Source: Candidatus Caccenecus avistercoris (lineage in GTDB: Bacteria > Bacillota_I > Bacilli_A > RF39 > UBA660). Taken from it: DNA of 60,298 bases. The notes beneath the pieces are model-generated. The model saw only the letters and a program-made list of their open reading frames with translations, was not told the origin of the DNA and made no database searches. This document shows positions 20,781 through 29,751 of the stretch, piece by piece (the first letter of the stretch is position 1; each line of letters opens with the position of its first letter). Where the stretch lies: NCBI GenBank assembly GCA_018716965.1, contig DVJF01000002.1:1-60298 (forward strand). Reading direction: 5' to 3'. The position numbers were made by a program, and so were the translations under genes.

Positions 20781-21707
20781 TCAAGTTAAAAAATTCATAA
20801 TTAATTGGATTAACAATTCTTTTTCTTTAGGATTTGATTCGGCTATTAAAAGAGTTAGAGATGCTAAAGTGTTGTTATCAATAATAGCTTCATCATTTAC
20901 ATATAAAATGTCATAAAACTGTAGGAAGTAAATGAAAAGAGTTGCAGCAATTCTTTTATTACCATCAATGAATACATGATTTTTTACACAAGTATATAAG
21001 AAGTTAGCAGCCTTCTCCTCAATACTTTCATACACATCTTTGCTATCAAAGGTTTGATAAATATTATTAATGATACTTTCTAATCCTTTATCTCTTTCCA
21101 TGGCAAATATATCACTTTTTTCATGAAACTTTAATGTTTTAATAATATCTATACAATTTTTATAGGTTATCTTCTCATTACTAATACTCCCCTTTGGTTT
21201 GGTTAAGGTTTTATGATCGTAATCATCTAATAAATCAAGTGATTTTGTGTATCTTTGTAATACTTTGATGATATCACTAGCCCCTACCCCGTCTAATCCT
21301 TCTAAATTACGGCTGGCGATATCAATTAATTTAACTGTTTTTTCTAAGTATTCTAATCTTTTTTCATTGACAACATACCCTTTTATTAAATAATCTTTTA
21401 AAATTTTATTTGCCCATTTTCTGAATATTACACCATTTTTAGATTTAACCCGATAGCCAACACTGATAATAACATCTAAGTTATAAAAATTAACTAGTTT
21501 ATCAGAATTTGCAATTTGCATTTTTTGCAAATTGCTTTTTTCATCTAATTCTTCTTCAAAAACATTTTTAATATGACGTGAAATAACTCCAACATCTCTA
21601 TCAAATAGCTTTGCTATTTGCGCCTGTGTCAGCCAAACCGTTTCATCTTTCATGCTTACTTCTAGTTTTACATTTTGATTTTCAAATATTATAATTTCAT
21701 TTTTCAA
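20781..21707 (-). CDS. RhuM-like N-terminal domain fused to a Fic/Doc domain
   Basis: N-terminus IIIFENQNVKLEV..DETVWLTQAQIAKLF...VISVGYRVKS (RhuM pattern). The C-terminal HVFIDGNKRIAATL matches the Doc-type H-x-F-x-D-G-N-K-R motif. Confidence 0.85.
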   Translation of the reverse strand: MKNEIIIFENQNVKLEVSMKDETVWLTQAQIAKLFDRDVGVISRHIKNVFEEELDEKSNLQKMQIANSDKLVNFYNLDVIISVGYRVKSKNGVIFRKWANKILKDYLIKGYVVNEKRLEYLEKTVKLIDIASRNLEGLDGVGASDIIKVLQRYTKSLDLLDDYDHKTLTKPKGSISNEKITYKNCIDIIKTLKFHEKSDIFAMERDKGLESIINNIYQTFDSKDVYESIEEKAANFLYTCVKNHVFIDGNKRIAATLFIYFLQFYDILYVNDEAIIDNNTLASLTLLIAESNPKEKELLIQLIMNFLT

Positions 21708-21823
21708 TACAAATACCTCCTTTTAAACAAAATTATAAAAGTTACACTCCTACTATTATTTATTACTAGCACAATTCTTATCTCCTTTTTTATTTGCATC
21801 ATTTTACAATATTTTACATATTT

Positions 21824-22075
21824 TTAGGCAAAAAAATCCACTAGTTTCCTAGTAGATTTTTTCATTATTTCTGAATTAGAAAAGTGCATTTTTTGCACAT
21901 TACTATCTTTATCTAATTTTCCTTCTTTAAAAATATTATTAATGTGTTTGGTAATAACAGTTCTATTTTTATCAAATAGTTCTGCCATGTGCTCTTGAGT
22001 AAGCCAGACTATTTCATCTTTCATGTTTACTTCTAGTTTTACATTTTGATTTTCAAATATTATAATTTCAATTTT
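21824..22075 (-). pseudogene. truncated RhuM-like paralogue
   Basis: About 55 nt at 22021..22075 are nearly identical to 21651..21705 of the intact gene. The reading frame EIIIFENQNVKLEVNMKDEIVWLTQEHMAELF has no ATG at its 5' end and stops after about 85 codons. Confidence 0.75.
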
Positions 22076-22127
22076 CTCAAAGCCTTAATTTTAAATAAGC
22101 ATTAAAAATTTATAAAAAGGAATAAAA

Positions 22128-22168
22128 AAACAAGCACTAAAAATTTAAGATTTAAAATGCTTGTTTTT
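22128..22168 (-). terminator. terminator after the SDR gene
   Basis: Stem aaacaagca/tgcttgttt with a large loop and a U-run on the minus strand. Confidence 0.45.
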
Positions 22169-22235
22169 ATTAGGCTTTATCTAGATTTGACATGTAACTT
22201 ACTTCATACTAGAAATTATAGAGCCCTTTAATTAA

Positions 22236-22994
22236 TTATACACAAGTATATCCACCATCAACTGGTAAGATAACTCCAGTTACATAACTTGCTTCACTAC
22301 TTCCTAAGAAGATAGCTGCAGCATTTAACTCGCCTTCATGACCATATCTTCCAAGTGGAACAGTCGATTTCATGTAGGCTGTAAATGAATCAGTAATTAA
22401 TGTTTCATGAGTAAGTTCAGTATCAAAATATCCTGGGCAGATGGCATTACATGTAATACCATATTTAGCTAGTTCAGCAGCAACGGCACGAGTAAAGTTA
22501 ATTACTCCACCTTTACTTGTATGATAAGCAACAGTATCCATAGCCATATTTCCGACCATGCCATACATAGATGCAATGTTTATGATACGACCATAATTTT
22601 TTTCTTTCATGATACTCGCAAATGCTCTTGTTACATAGAATAAACTTGTCATATCCGTTTTGATTGTGAAATCCCAATCTTCGTCAGTCATGTCTAAGAC
22701 TCCAGCATTTTTAGCACTTCCAGCACAGTTAACTAAAACATCAACTTTGCCAAATTTCTCTTTAACTTCTTTAGCAGCGGCATTTACGCTTTCTACATCC
22801 GTTACATCACATTTAATTGGGTATGCTTCAGCGCCAATTGCTCGTATTTCATCCGCAACAGCTTCTAGTTTTTCCATTCTTCTTGCTGTTATTACTACGA
22901 TAGCTCCCTGCTTCGCATAGCCTAAAGCCATTTGACGACCAAGTCCTGATGAGGCACCAGATACTACGACTACTCTTCCTGTATAATCAAACAT
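22236..22994 (-). CDS. SDR-family oxidoreductase
   Basis: Cofactor motif GASSGLG, NCAG, and the catalytic YHTSK. Confidence 0.9.
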   Translation of the reverse strand: MFDYTGRVVVVSGASSGLGRQMALGYAKQGAIVVITARRMEKLEAVADEIRAIGAEAYPIKCDVTDVESVNAAAKEVKEKFGKVDVLVNCAGSAKNAGVLDMTDEDWDFTIKTDMTSLFYVTRAFASIMKEKNYGRIINIASMYGMVGNMAMDTVAYHTSKGGVINFTRAVAAELAKYGITCNAICPGYFDTELTHETLITDSFTAYMKSTVPLGRYGHEGELNAAAIFLGSSEASYVTGVILPVDGGYTCV

Positions 22995-23007
22995 CTTGTT
23001 TCCTCCT

Positions 23008-24444
23008 TTATTTTGTAATATTTTTTAGAATAACAGTTTTGGTTCTAGACATTTCTTTTAGAGTTGTCATAATTCCTTCATTACCAATTCCAGAATATTT
23101 CCAGCCACCAAATGGTTGTTCAAAGGAACGGAAGAATGATGCACCATTAATTACGAATCCACCACATTCCATTTTCTCACTAACTTTAATCGCTTTACTA
23201 ATATCTTTCGTGATAATTGAACCAGACAAGCCATAAATAGATTTATTAGCTATTTCAATTGCTTCCTCTAAGTCATCAAAACCAATTACTGGAATTACTG
23301 GGCCAAAGATTTCCATATCTTTAGCTACTTCCATATCTGGAGTAACATTATCTAAAATTGTTGGTTCATAGAATGCACCATTACGTTTACCACCACAAAC
23401 AAGTGTTGCACCAGCAGCAATTGTTTCGTTAACTTGACGTTCTACTTCGATAGCAGCTTCCTCACTTACTAAGCAACCAATATCTGTAGACATATCTTGA
23501 GGATTGCCTTGTTTTAATGAATTAATTTTATCAGTCATTTTTCTAATAAATTCATCTTTAACTGAATTTTCAACTAAGAATCTTTTTGAGGCACAACATA
23601 CTTGACCAGTATTATAAAGTCTTCCCCAAACAGTTTCTTCAATAGCTAGGTCCATGTCCCCATCAGCACAAAGTATAAAGGCATCGTTTCCACCTAGTTC
23701 TAGGGAACTATGAGCACAATGATCTGCACAATTTTTCGCAGCATCAATTCCGGCAGCAGTAGATCCAGTAAGACTCACCATATCAACTTTCTTGCTACTA
23801 GTTAGAGTTTTTCCAACTACAGAACCACTTCCATGAACAACAGAGATAACACCAGCTGGAACTCCTGCTTCAACAAGTAATTCAACATATCTTGTAAGAG
23901 TTAAAGGATTTACACTAGCAGGTTTTAAGATTACCGCATTTCCCATTAATAATGCAGGTGGTACTTTATTAATAAATATATCACTTGGGAAATTGAATGG
24001 AATAATTGCTACTACTACGCCTAAAGGTTGTTGTATCGTATATTGAATAGTATTTTCTTGACCTTTCTCTGTTCCACGATAAACAATATTTCCATATTCA
24101 TGTTTTACTTTTTCAACATATCCAGGAACACCAATCCCAATATTTGCTATTTCGTTATAAGCTTCTTTAATTGGTTTACCTGTTTCTTTTGATAAAAGCA
24201 TTGCTAATTCATCTTTATTTTCTTCTACTAATTCAGCAAATCTTGATAATACTTCACAACGTTCAATTACACTTTTTGCTTCCCAATCCTTTTGATGCGC
24301 ATCCGCATAGTCAATTGCTCTTTCTACATCTTCTTTTGTCAAACTTGGTACGGTATCAACTAGTTCATTTGTGGCAGGGTTATAGACTTCTATAACCTTG
24401 CCATCAGATGAATCGCACCATTTATTTCCAATTAAACTTTTCAT
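23008..24444 (-). CDS. NAD(P)-dependent aldehyde dehydrogenase
   Basis: ELGGND, the catalytic Cys in GQVCCASKR, and EIFGPV. Confidence 0.9.
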   Translation of the reverse strand: MKSLIGNKWCDSSDGKVIEVYNPATNELVDTVPSLTKEDVERAIDYADAHQKDWEAKSVIERCEVLSRFAELVEENKDELAMLLSKETGKPIKEAYNEIANIGIGVPGYVEKVKHEYGNIVYRGTEKGQENTIQYTIQQPLGVVVAIIPFNFPSDIFINKVPPALLMGNAVILKPASVNPLTLTRYVELLVEAGVPAGVISVVHGSGSVVGKTLTSSKKVDMVSLTGSTAAGIDAAKNCADHCAHSSLELGGNDAFILCADGDMDLAIEETVWGRLYNTGQVCCASKRFLVENSVKDEFIRKMTDKINSLKQGNPQDMSTDIGCLVSEEAAIEVERQVNETIAAGATLVCGGKRNGAFYEPTILDNVTPDMEVAKDMEIFGPVIPVIGFDDLEEAIEIANKSIYGLSGSIITKDISKAIKVSEKMECGGFVINGASFFRSFEQPFGGWKYSGIGNEGIMTTLKEMSRTKTVILKNITK

Positions 24445-24463
24445 ATAATTCCTCCTTTATGTT

Positions 24464-25636
24464 TTATTCTCCAAATGCAGTATAAGAAAGTGATAATCCA
24501 CCAACAGTATTAGATGAATGATCTCCTCTACCATATTCTCCAAAGGTAAATACCATTAAGAATTCTTTATCAGGAATAGCTTTCTTAACTTCTGGATAAA
24601 TTTTATCTTCAATACTTGCTAGGGCAAGTCCAAGTCTACGTCCACCACAATGAACTAAGAAATAACTTTGTATCTCGCCTTCCATCATATCAGTTACTTT
24701 TTCAATGGTTTCTTCATTGGCTTTTAATATTCCTTCTGGAGTATTAGATAATTGTATTACAGCTGTATTAACAGCTAAGTCTGCTCCAATATTCATAGAA
24801 TAATCATCATTACCATTCATTGGATGACGAACAGCAATAACTTTGCCGATAGGATCTTTTACTCCTAGTGGTGCACAAATTGTTTCAGTAAGAAGATTTC
24901 CTCCCATTAATGAATTTACGTCTTTGCCAGTCCATTCAGCATATTTTTTAAGTGCTGGTTCATGGTCAATTTCAACAAGTGTTCTAGAACCATTTACTTT
25001 TGTAATAATACCAGCATTCCCTGTTTCATGATAAGCTCCGGTATAAAGGTTCTTCATTTCACCATTGGTATAGAATATAGCGATAACACAACCATCAGCA
25101 AAAGATTCGCCATCCATCAAAATACTCCATTTACCTTCTACAGTGTTATCAGCAGCAGAACCACCAAATACTGGAACATCGCCAATTACATCTTGAATAC
25201 CTTTCATGTATTCTTCTTCATTAGCAGGACTTGCACTCATAAAGAAGAAATCCGGTTCTAAATCTTTACCTTTTACTTTACTAATTGCTTCTTCAGCAAT
25301 ACGTCTACCTATTTCTCTAGGGCTTTCATCTGTTTTTTTAGAGCCAGCTGTAACTACTTCTAGATCTCCACCAAATAGCATCATTCCTGAATATCCAGTT
25401 TCTTTATTTAGATATCCATCTTGTGTACATAATGCTGCAGAAGATGTACAACCGATAATTGGAACATCACCTAGTACACTTTTTGCTCCTTCCATAAGTT
25501 TTGCTTGATCTTGAACACAACTTGTGAAGAATAATCCAACTTGAGGATTTTCAATCACATTTGCCATTTTAGCAGTTTCTACACCTGATGCATAAGCATC
25601 TTCCAACTCACTATATCCAACTTTTGTTTTTAACAT
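24464..25636 (-). CDS. FIST-domain protein
   Basis: A FIST_N-like segment (GLFFTSC...VPIIGCTSSAAL) and a FIST_C-like segment (FLVHCGGRRL...FTFGEYG), judged by pattern only. Confidence 0.6.
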   Translation of the reverse strand: MLKTKVGYSELEDAYASGVETAKMANVIENPQVGLFFTSCVQDQAKLMEGAKSVLGDVPIIGCTSSAALCTQDGYLNKETGYSGMMLFGGDLEVVTAGSKKTDESPREIGRRIAEEAISKVKGKDLEPDFFFMSASPANEEEYMKGIQDVIGDVPVFGGSAADNTVEGKWSILMDGESFADGCVIAIFYTNGEMKNLYTGAYHETGNAGIITKVNGSRTLVEIDHEPALKKYAEWTGKDVNSLMGGNLLTETICAPLGVKDPIGKVIAVRHPMNGNDDYSMNIGADLAVNTAVIQLSNTPEGILKANEETIEKVTDMMEGEIQSYFLVHCGGRRLGLALASIEDKIYPEVKKAIPDKEFLMVFTFGEYGRGDHSSNTVGGLSLSYTAFGE

Positions 25637-25812
25637 TTTTTCACTCTCCTTTACTTAACTAATGTCTAACGAAATTTGGACTAAATTCATTTTTCATTTA
25701 TCACTCTTCATCTACTTTAGTGCACCATTACCTCCATTCTCTATTATTAATTCTACCACAAAATTATCTTTTCTACTTCATTAATTAAAAAATTTAACAC
25801 AAAAATGTAAAG

Positions 25813-26694
25813 CTAAATTATTTTATTTATTTGAGTAATTAAAGCCGCAATAACTTTTTTATCTCCTATTTTGGTAATAGAAAAAGTTTTATAACCAATT
25901 CTATTGATACTAGCTCCACAGTGATATACAATACTATTATCTAATATAAAGTATCTATCATGAAAAGTATTGTCATATTTTATAACTAAATTATGATATT
26001 CTTTGTTATATTTTTCTATAGTAGTTTTTGATAGCAGACTAGGTGTTTTCGTTATAATTGTTACATTTATATTGGGTACTTCTTTTATAATATCAAGAAG
26101 TGTTTTATCAGCATAAGCATCTATGATTATTAATTCTTTTTTAGCACTTTTAAATATATCTAATATTTTAGAATAAGCATCATAAATCTGTCCATTAAAA
26201 TAAATTTCACTGTCTTTTCTTTTTTCTTCAAGTTTTTGAAATGATTCTTCTAAAACTTGTATTTTATTATGATCTTCTAATACTAAATTGTTAATATATT
26301 TTTGTTCTATTAAATTAACTCCAATGTATTTTCGCATAGCAACAAAGGCGTTCATAATAGCAATACTTACCTCTATGGCAACTTCACTATTTAAAATAGC
26401 TGATAGCATTGCAACGCCTTGCTCAGTAAAAACATATGGTGGACGTCTTAATCCTATTTTGTCATTATTGGACATCACATTTTGTGATCTCCAATTTAAA
26501 AATTCTTTTTGATTTAGTTGAAAGCAAAATTCTTCAGGGAATCTTTCTATATTTCTTTTTAATTTCTGAATTAGCACCCTTGTTTCTGTTTTATACAATT
26601 TTGCTAAATCTCTGTCTAACATGACTTGTTTTCCTCTTATTTCATAAATTAAATTTGTTAGTTTTTCTTCCTTTTTTACAACAATATTATTCAT
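25813..26694 (-). CDS. ORF6N (KilA-N-like) domain protein
   Basis: IYEIRGKQVMLDRDLAKLY...RRPPYVFTEQGVAMLSAILNSEVAIEVSIAIMNAF is the ORF6N signature. The start MNNIVVKK at 26694 follows SD aggggga. Confidence 0.85.
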   Translation of the reverse strand: MNNIVVKKEEKLTNLIYEIRGKQVMLDRDLAKLYKTETRVLIQKLKRNIERFPEEFCFQLNQKEFLNWRSQNVMSNNDKIGLRRPPYVFTEQGVAMLSAILNSEVAIEVSIAIMNAFVAMRKYIGVNLIEQKYINNLVLEDHNKIQVLEESFQKLEEKRKDSEIYFNGQIYDAYSKILDIFKSAKKELIIIDAYADKTLLDIIKEVPNINVTIITKTPSLLSKTTIEKYNKEYHNLVIKYDNTFHDRYFILDNSIVYHCGASINRIGYKTFSITKIGDKKVIAALITQINKII

Positions 26695-26790
26695 CTTTAT
26701 TCCCCCTATCATTTTTATAAGCAAATTATATTATGCATACATATGTGTGTCAGAAGAATATAAGAAAAATAGGTTTTTTACCTACTTAAT

Positions 26791-27055
26791 TTAATATAAA
26801 GTATCGATCATGAAATTAATTGATATAAATTTACGTATAGTAACAAAAGCATCCATAATCTTAATGCTCATTTCTTCCACAGCATTAGTTCTAAGAACTG
26901 TGTCAAGCATGGCAACACTCTGTTTAGTAAATATATACGGTAAAGTTCTAGACTTGCTATTTATTTTTGTGGTTTCAGACTGAAACCGCAAATTATTATA
27001 TTCTTCTTTAGCAATCTACCTTTTAAAGGCGATATTTTTGACCTCAAGTTTGATG
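26791..27055 (-). pseudogene. decayed ORF6N paralogue
   Basis: Same family (RTLPYIFTKQSVAMLDTVLRTNAVEEMSIKIMDAFV) but with an in-frame TAG upstream. An internal deletion joins it out of frame to the family's C-terminal FHDRYFIL segment. The string taatataaagtatcgatcatgaaa at 26791 region repeats the one near 25946. Confidence 0.7.
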
Positions 27056-27093
27056 TTTCATCTGTAGTTAAAATTTAAAAATAGGTTTTTCAC

Positions 27094-27801
27094 CTATTTC
27101 CTAAACTTTAAAATATAGCCTTTCATATATTCAGATACTCTATAACTATCTCTAATCTTACTTATAGCTTTATTCACTGTAAATTTATTCAAATGATTAT
27201 GTTCTAAATACTTAAGTCCAATATTTTCATATTTAATAAATATTTCACATATTAACCAAGCTTCAGCCATATTTACATAATATTCATCACTTTTAATATT
27301 ATCTAAATATTTTATAATTAAGTCTAAATAATTTTCTTCTACATAAAAACATAATAATATAATTAATCCTACTCTTATATGATAAGTTTCATTACTATTT
27401 ATTAGTTCATCTATTTTTGTTAAGAAATAATCTTTATTTTTATTTATGAGTTTTAAGCTGTTGCAAAAAGTATCACATAAAGCCCAATTATCAATTAAAT
27501 TAACAGCATCATCAAAATAAATCATTAATTCATCTATATCTTTAATATTTGCTATAACAAGTAATTTAATCATTACTTCTTCATAATAAGTAGATTTACA
27601 AATCTTTAAAAAAGATTTGTAATCACTCTTACTAATTTCTTTAGCTATACTTCTTAATTTAGGAAGTCTTATTCCTAACATTTCATATTTCGTAAAAGTT
27701 ATTTTTTCACTAAATTCTTTATAAGAAATTTCACTAATACTTTTTAAATAATTAATAAAATTATTATAACTATTATTATCCCATATAATATTTAAATCCA
27801 T
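27094..27801 (-). CDS. DNA alkylation repair (AlkD-like HEAT repeat) protein
   Basis: GIRLPKLRSIAKEI...NWALCDTFC...VNMAEAWL matches the DNA_alkylation family pattern. A terminator hairpin (aaataggt/acctattt) overlaps the stop codon. Confidence 0.65.
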   Translation of the reverse strand: MDLNIIWDNNSYNNFINYLKSISEISYKEFSEKITFTKYEMLGIRLPKLRSIAKEISKSDYKSFLKICKSTYYEEVMIKLLVIANIKDIDELMIYFDDAVNLIDNWALCDTFCNSLKLINKNKDYFLTKIDELINSNETYHIRVGLIILLCFYVEENYLDLIIKYLDNIKSDEYYVNMAEAWLICEIFIKYENIGLKYLEHNHLNKFTVNKAISKIRDSYRVSEYMKGYILKFRK

Positions 27802-27844
27802 ATATATCACCAAATATATGATAACAAGGATAAAATATTATGGC

Positions 27845-27897
27845 AAGAAAAAAACTGATAAACTATCAAATTTTAACTTTGACATATTTATCAGTTT
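27845..27897 (-). terminator. rho-independent terminator ending the 414-aa/75-aa operon
   Basis: 11-bp stem aaactgataaa/tttatcagttt followed by ttttttt on the minus strand. Confidence 0.7.
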
Positions 27898-27902
27898 CTA
27901 TA

Positions 27903-28130
27903 TTAACATTTATAAATATCTTCATATTTTCTTATTATATCTAAATTGTCTAATACTAGATAATTAATATGTAATTTTTGTAATTGATATTCAATATTAA
28001 CATTTTTCTTTAATCGTTTTAATATTAAGGTATCAATACCATAAGATACATATTTACCTTTTCTTATTATGATAACTAGATAATTCATATATACTTTTTT
28101 AGCAATATGATATCTATTATATATTCCCAC
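27903..28130 (-). CDS. hypothetical 75-aa protein co-transcribed with the VR-bearing gene
   Basis: GTG start preceded by a good SD (aaagagggga). I could not recognise a family with any confidence. Confidence 0.6.
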   Translation of the reverse strand: MGIYNRYHIAKKVYMNYLVIIIRKGKYVSYGIDTLILKRLKKNVNIEYQLQKLHINYLVLDNLDIIRKYEDIYKC

Positions 28131-28160
28131 ATTTATCCCCTCTTTACTTGTGGATAAGTG

Positions 28161-28378
28161 AGGCCGGCTCGGGAAGACTTCGCCTTCCTGCGAGCCATGT
28201 CACGCTTTCAAAATATACGGGTTATTCATAGTTCCATCTCCTCCCGAAATACCAACATTCGATGTTAGATATACCGAAGGACGGACCCCGTTCGAGTCGT
28301 CCCCACGGCCGTCGCTGTTCACATACCCGGAAGGGTACACAAGGAAGATGTTGCCGATGTCCCTCGAATACGGGGTTA
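28161..28378 (-). other. compositionally aberrant block; candidate DGR variable region plus IMH-like flank
   Basis: By hand count, 28141..28380 has 124 G+C of 240 nt (about 52%) against 23-28% in the adjacent 60-nt blocks. NNC codon runs are gac atc ggc aac atc ttc (28344..28361) and aac agc gac ggc cgt ggg gac gac tcg aac (28290..28319). Confidence 0.5.
28166..28196 (-). other. GC-rich imperfect hairpin 3 nt past the stop, no U-tract
   Basis: Minus strand: GGCTCG-CA-GGAAG-GCGAAGT-CTTCC-CGAGCC, an 11-bp stem with a GAA-centred loop. The sequence after it is ggcctcacttatcc, so it is not a canonical intrinsic terminator. Confidence 0.85.
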
Positions 28379-29444
28379 GTGTCCATTGATAATCATTATT
28401 AAAAATCCAATCGTTATTCTTGCAATCACTATAGCTTGATGATTCCCAATTATATAATTCTTTTGCTAAACATGCTTCTCTATTTGTTGTTGATCCTCCG
28501 CTAGTGGCGTATCCATAATCACTTGGATACATTAAAGCAATTTTGCCTTGCCATGTTGTTGGCCTTCCACTATAGACTGTGGTACCACGTTCATATCCAT
28601 ACCAATGACTTGCTAATCCATTACTAGCACTTGTATAGCTTGCTGTTCCTCCCAATTTCCATGTTACATTGGCTATCATATTTCTGGTTGTATTATTTTT
28701 TATTCCCGTTGCAGCATAAGATCCACTGTCATTTAAATAATCACCATTTAGTGTTGTTTGCAAACTTGCTGTACTCCAATTATTTGTGCCATCACTATCC
28801 CAAACAATGTCTCCTAGAGAGTTACTTCTAATTAATTTTACTAATTTTTCTCCACTTATTCCATGACTATTTTCATTAAATACACCTATGATTCGCCATA
28901 ACTCACAAGTACTACTACTTGGATTATTATAATCATCACAATTAAAATAAACATAATTATTCGGATTTGCTCCTATATATCTTAAATTATTATCTACAGT
29001 TCCATCATAAGCTAGCATTCCTTGATTTTCTTCATAGGCATCTTCTATAATGTCTGATGCTCCAGACTTTTCTTCAAAATACAAATAGCACTTAGTACCC
29101 TTTTTAGTCATCGGACTAACAGATAGTCCCTTTGTTGCACTATCATAACTTAGTGTTATAGACTCATCTTTTACATCATCTTCTGTTGTACAATAAGATT
29201 CACTAGTAAGTGCATAATTACCATCAGGTAGTGTATCTATCTCACTACCATCTAAATACATGGCTACGATATTTAAATCGGCTAAAGTATAATTTATTGT
29301 TCCATTAAGTAATGGCATACTTTGTGTCGTTCTATATTTAGCTCTAGTAAAATTTAATACTATGGCACTAATTATTCCTATTGCTATTAAAGCAATAATG
29401 ATATTTCTTTTTAAGTGGCTCCTTTTTAAAGTTTCAAATGTCAT
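28200..29444 (-). CDS. membrane-anchored secreted protein with a hypervariable-looking C-terminal domain
   Basis: 414 aa. The N-terminal signal anchor is KRNIIIALIAIGIISAIVLNF. The C-terminal scaffold motifs WTLTPYS ... GVRPSVYL bracket the GC-rich block. Confidence 0.9.
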   Translation of the reverse strand: MTFETLKRSHLKRNIIIALIAIGIISAIVLNFTRAKYRTTQSMPLLNGTINYTLADLNIVAMYLDGSEIDTLPDGNYALTSESYCTTEDDVKDESITLSYDSATKGLSVSPMTKKGTKCYLYFEEKSGASDIIEDAYEENQGMLAYDGTVDNNLRYIGANPNNYVYFNCDDYNNPSSSTCELWRIIGVFNENSHGISGEKLVKLIRSNSLGDIVWDSDGTNNWSTASLQTTLNGDYLNDSGSYAATGIKNNTTRNMIANVTWKLGGTASYTSASNGLASHWYGYERGTTVYSGRPTTWQGKIALMYPSDYGYATSGGSTTNREACLAKELYNWESSSYSDCKNNDWIFNNDYQWTLTPYSRDIGNIFLVYPSGYVNSDGRGDDSNGVRPSVYLTSNVGISGGDGTMNNPYILKA

Positions 29445-29751
29445 AGATAATTCCCTCTTTCTTAACTCGCATCATAACACATTTAAAATATGGTTTCATT
29501 ACGTTCGACAAAACATGTCAAAACTTCTTATTTTTCATGTTATGAAGTGCTACTTCATTTAAATAGTTTGAATTATAAGCTATGATATAGTTTCCTAGCT
29601 TATAGTTAAATTATAAAGTTAGGTAGACTAAAAGTCAAGAAAAATGTTCTATTTTATGACGTTTTATTTTTTGTCACGACACATAGTTCTCTATTTCGGT
29701 ATTTTATGTAAAAATAAAAACAAGTATGGAAAGAGAGTTTGTGAGGAAATA

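Noticed and set aside
28166-28196. The GC-rich hairpin after the 414-aa gene read as an ordinary intrinsic terminator.
   Set aside because: No U-tract follows it. A well-formed ORF with a strong SD starts 36 nt downstream, and the operon has a canonical terminator at 27845..27897.
27903-29444. A template repeat (TR) for the putative VR somewhere in this window.
   Set aside because: Scanning the window by eye for other G/C-rich patches or strings such as ggtccgtcc or ccgaaggac found none. This is only a visual scan and needs a computational self-alignment.
29445-29751. LexA/SOS boxes or XRE operators in the divergent intergenic region (for example cgttcgacaaaacatgtc and atgacg...gtcacg).
   Set aside because: Only partial half-sites are present, with no convincing GAAC-N4-GTTC palindrome. 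This is too weak to call without a motif scan.
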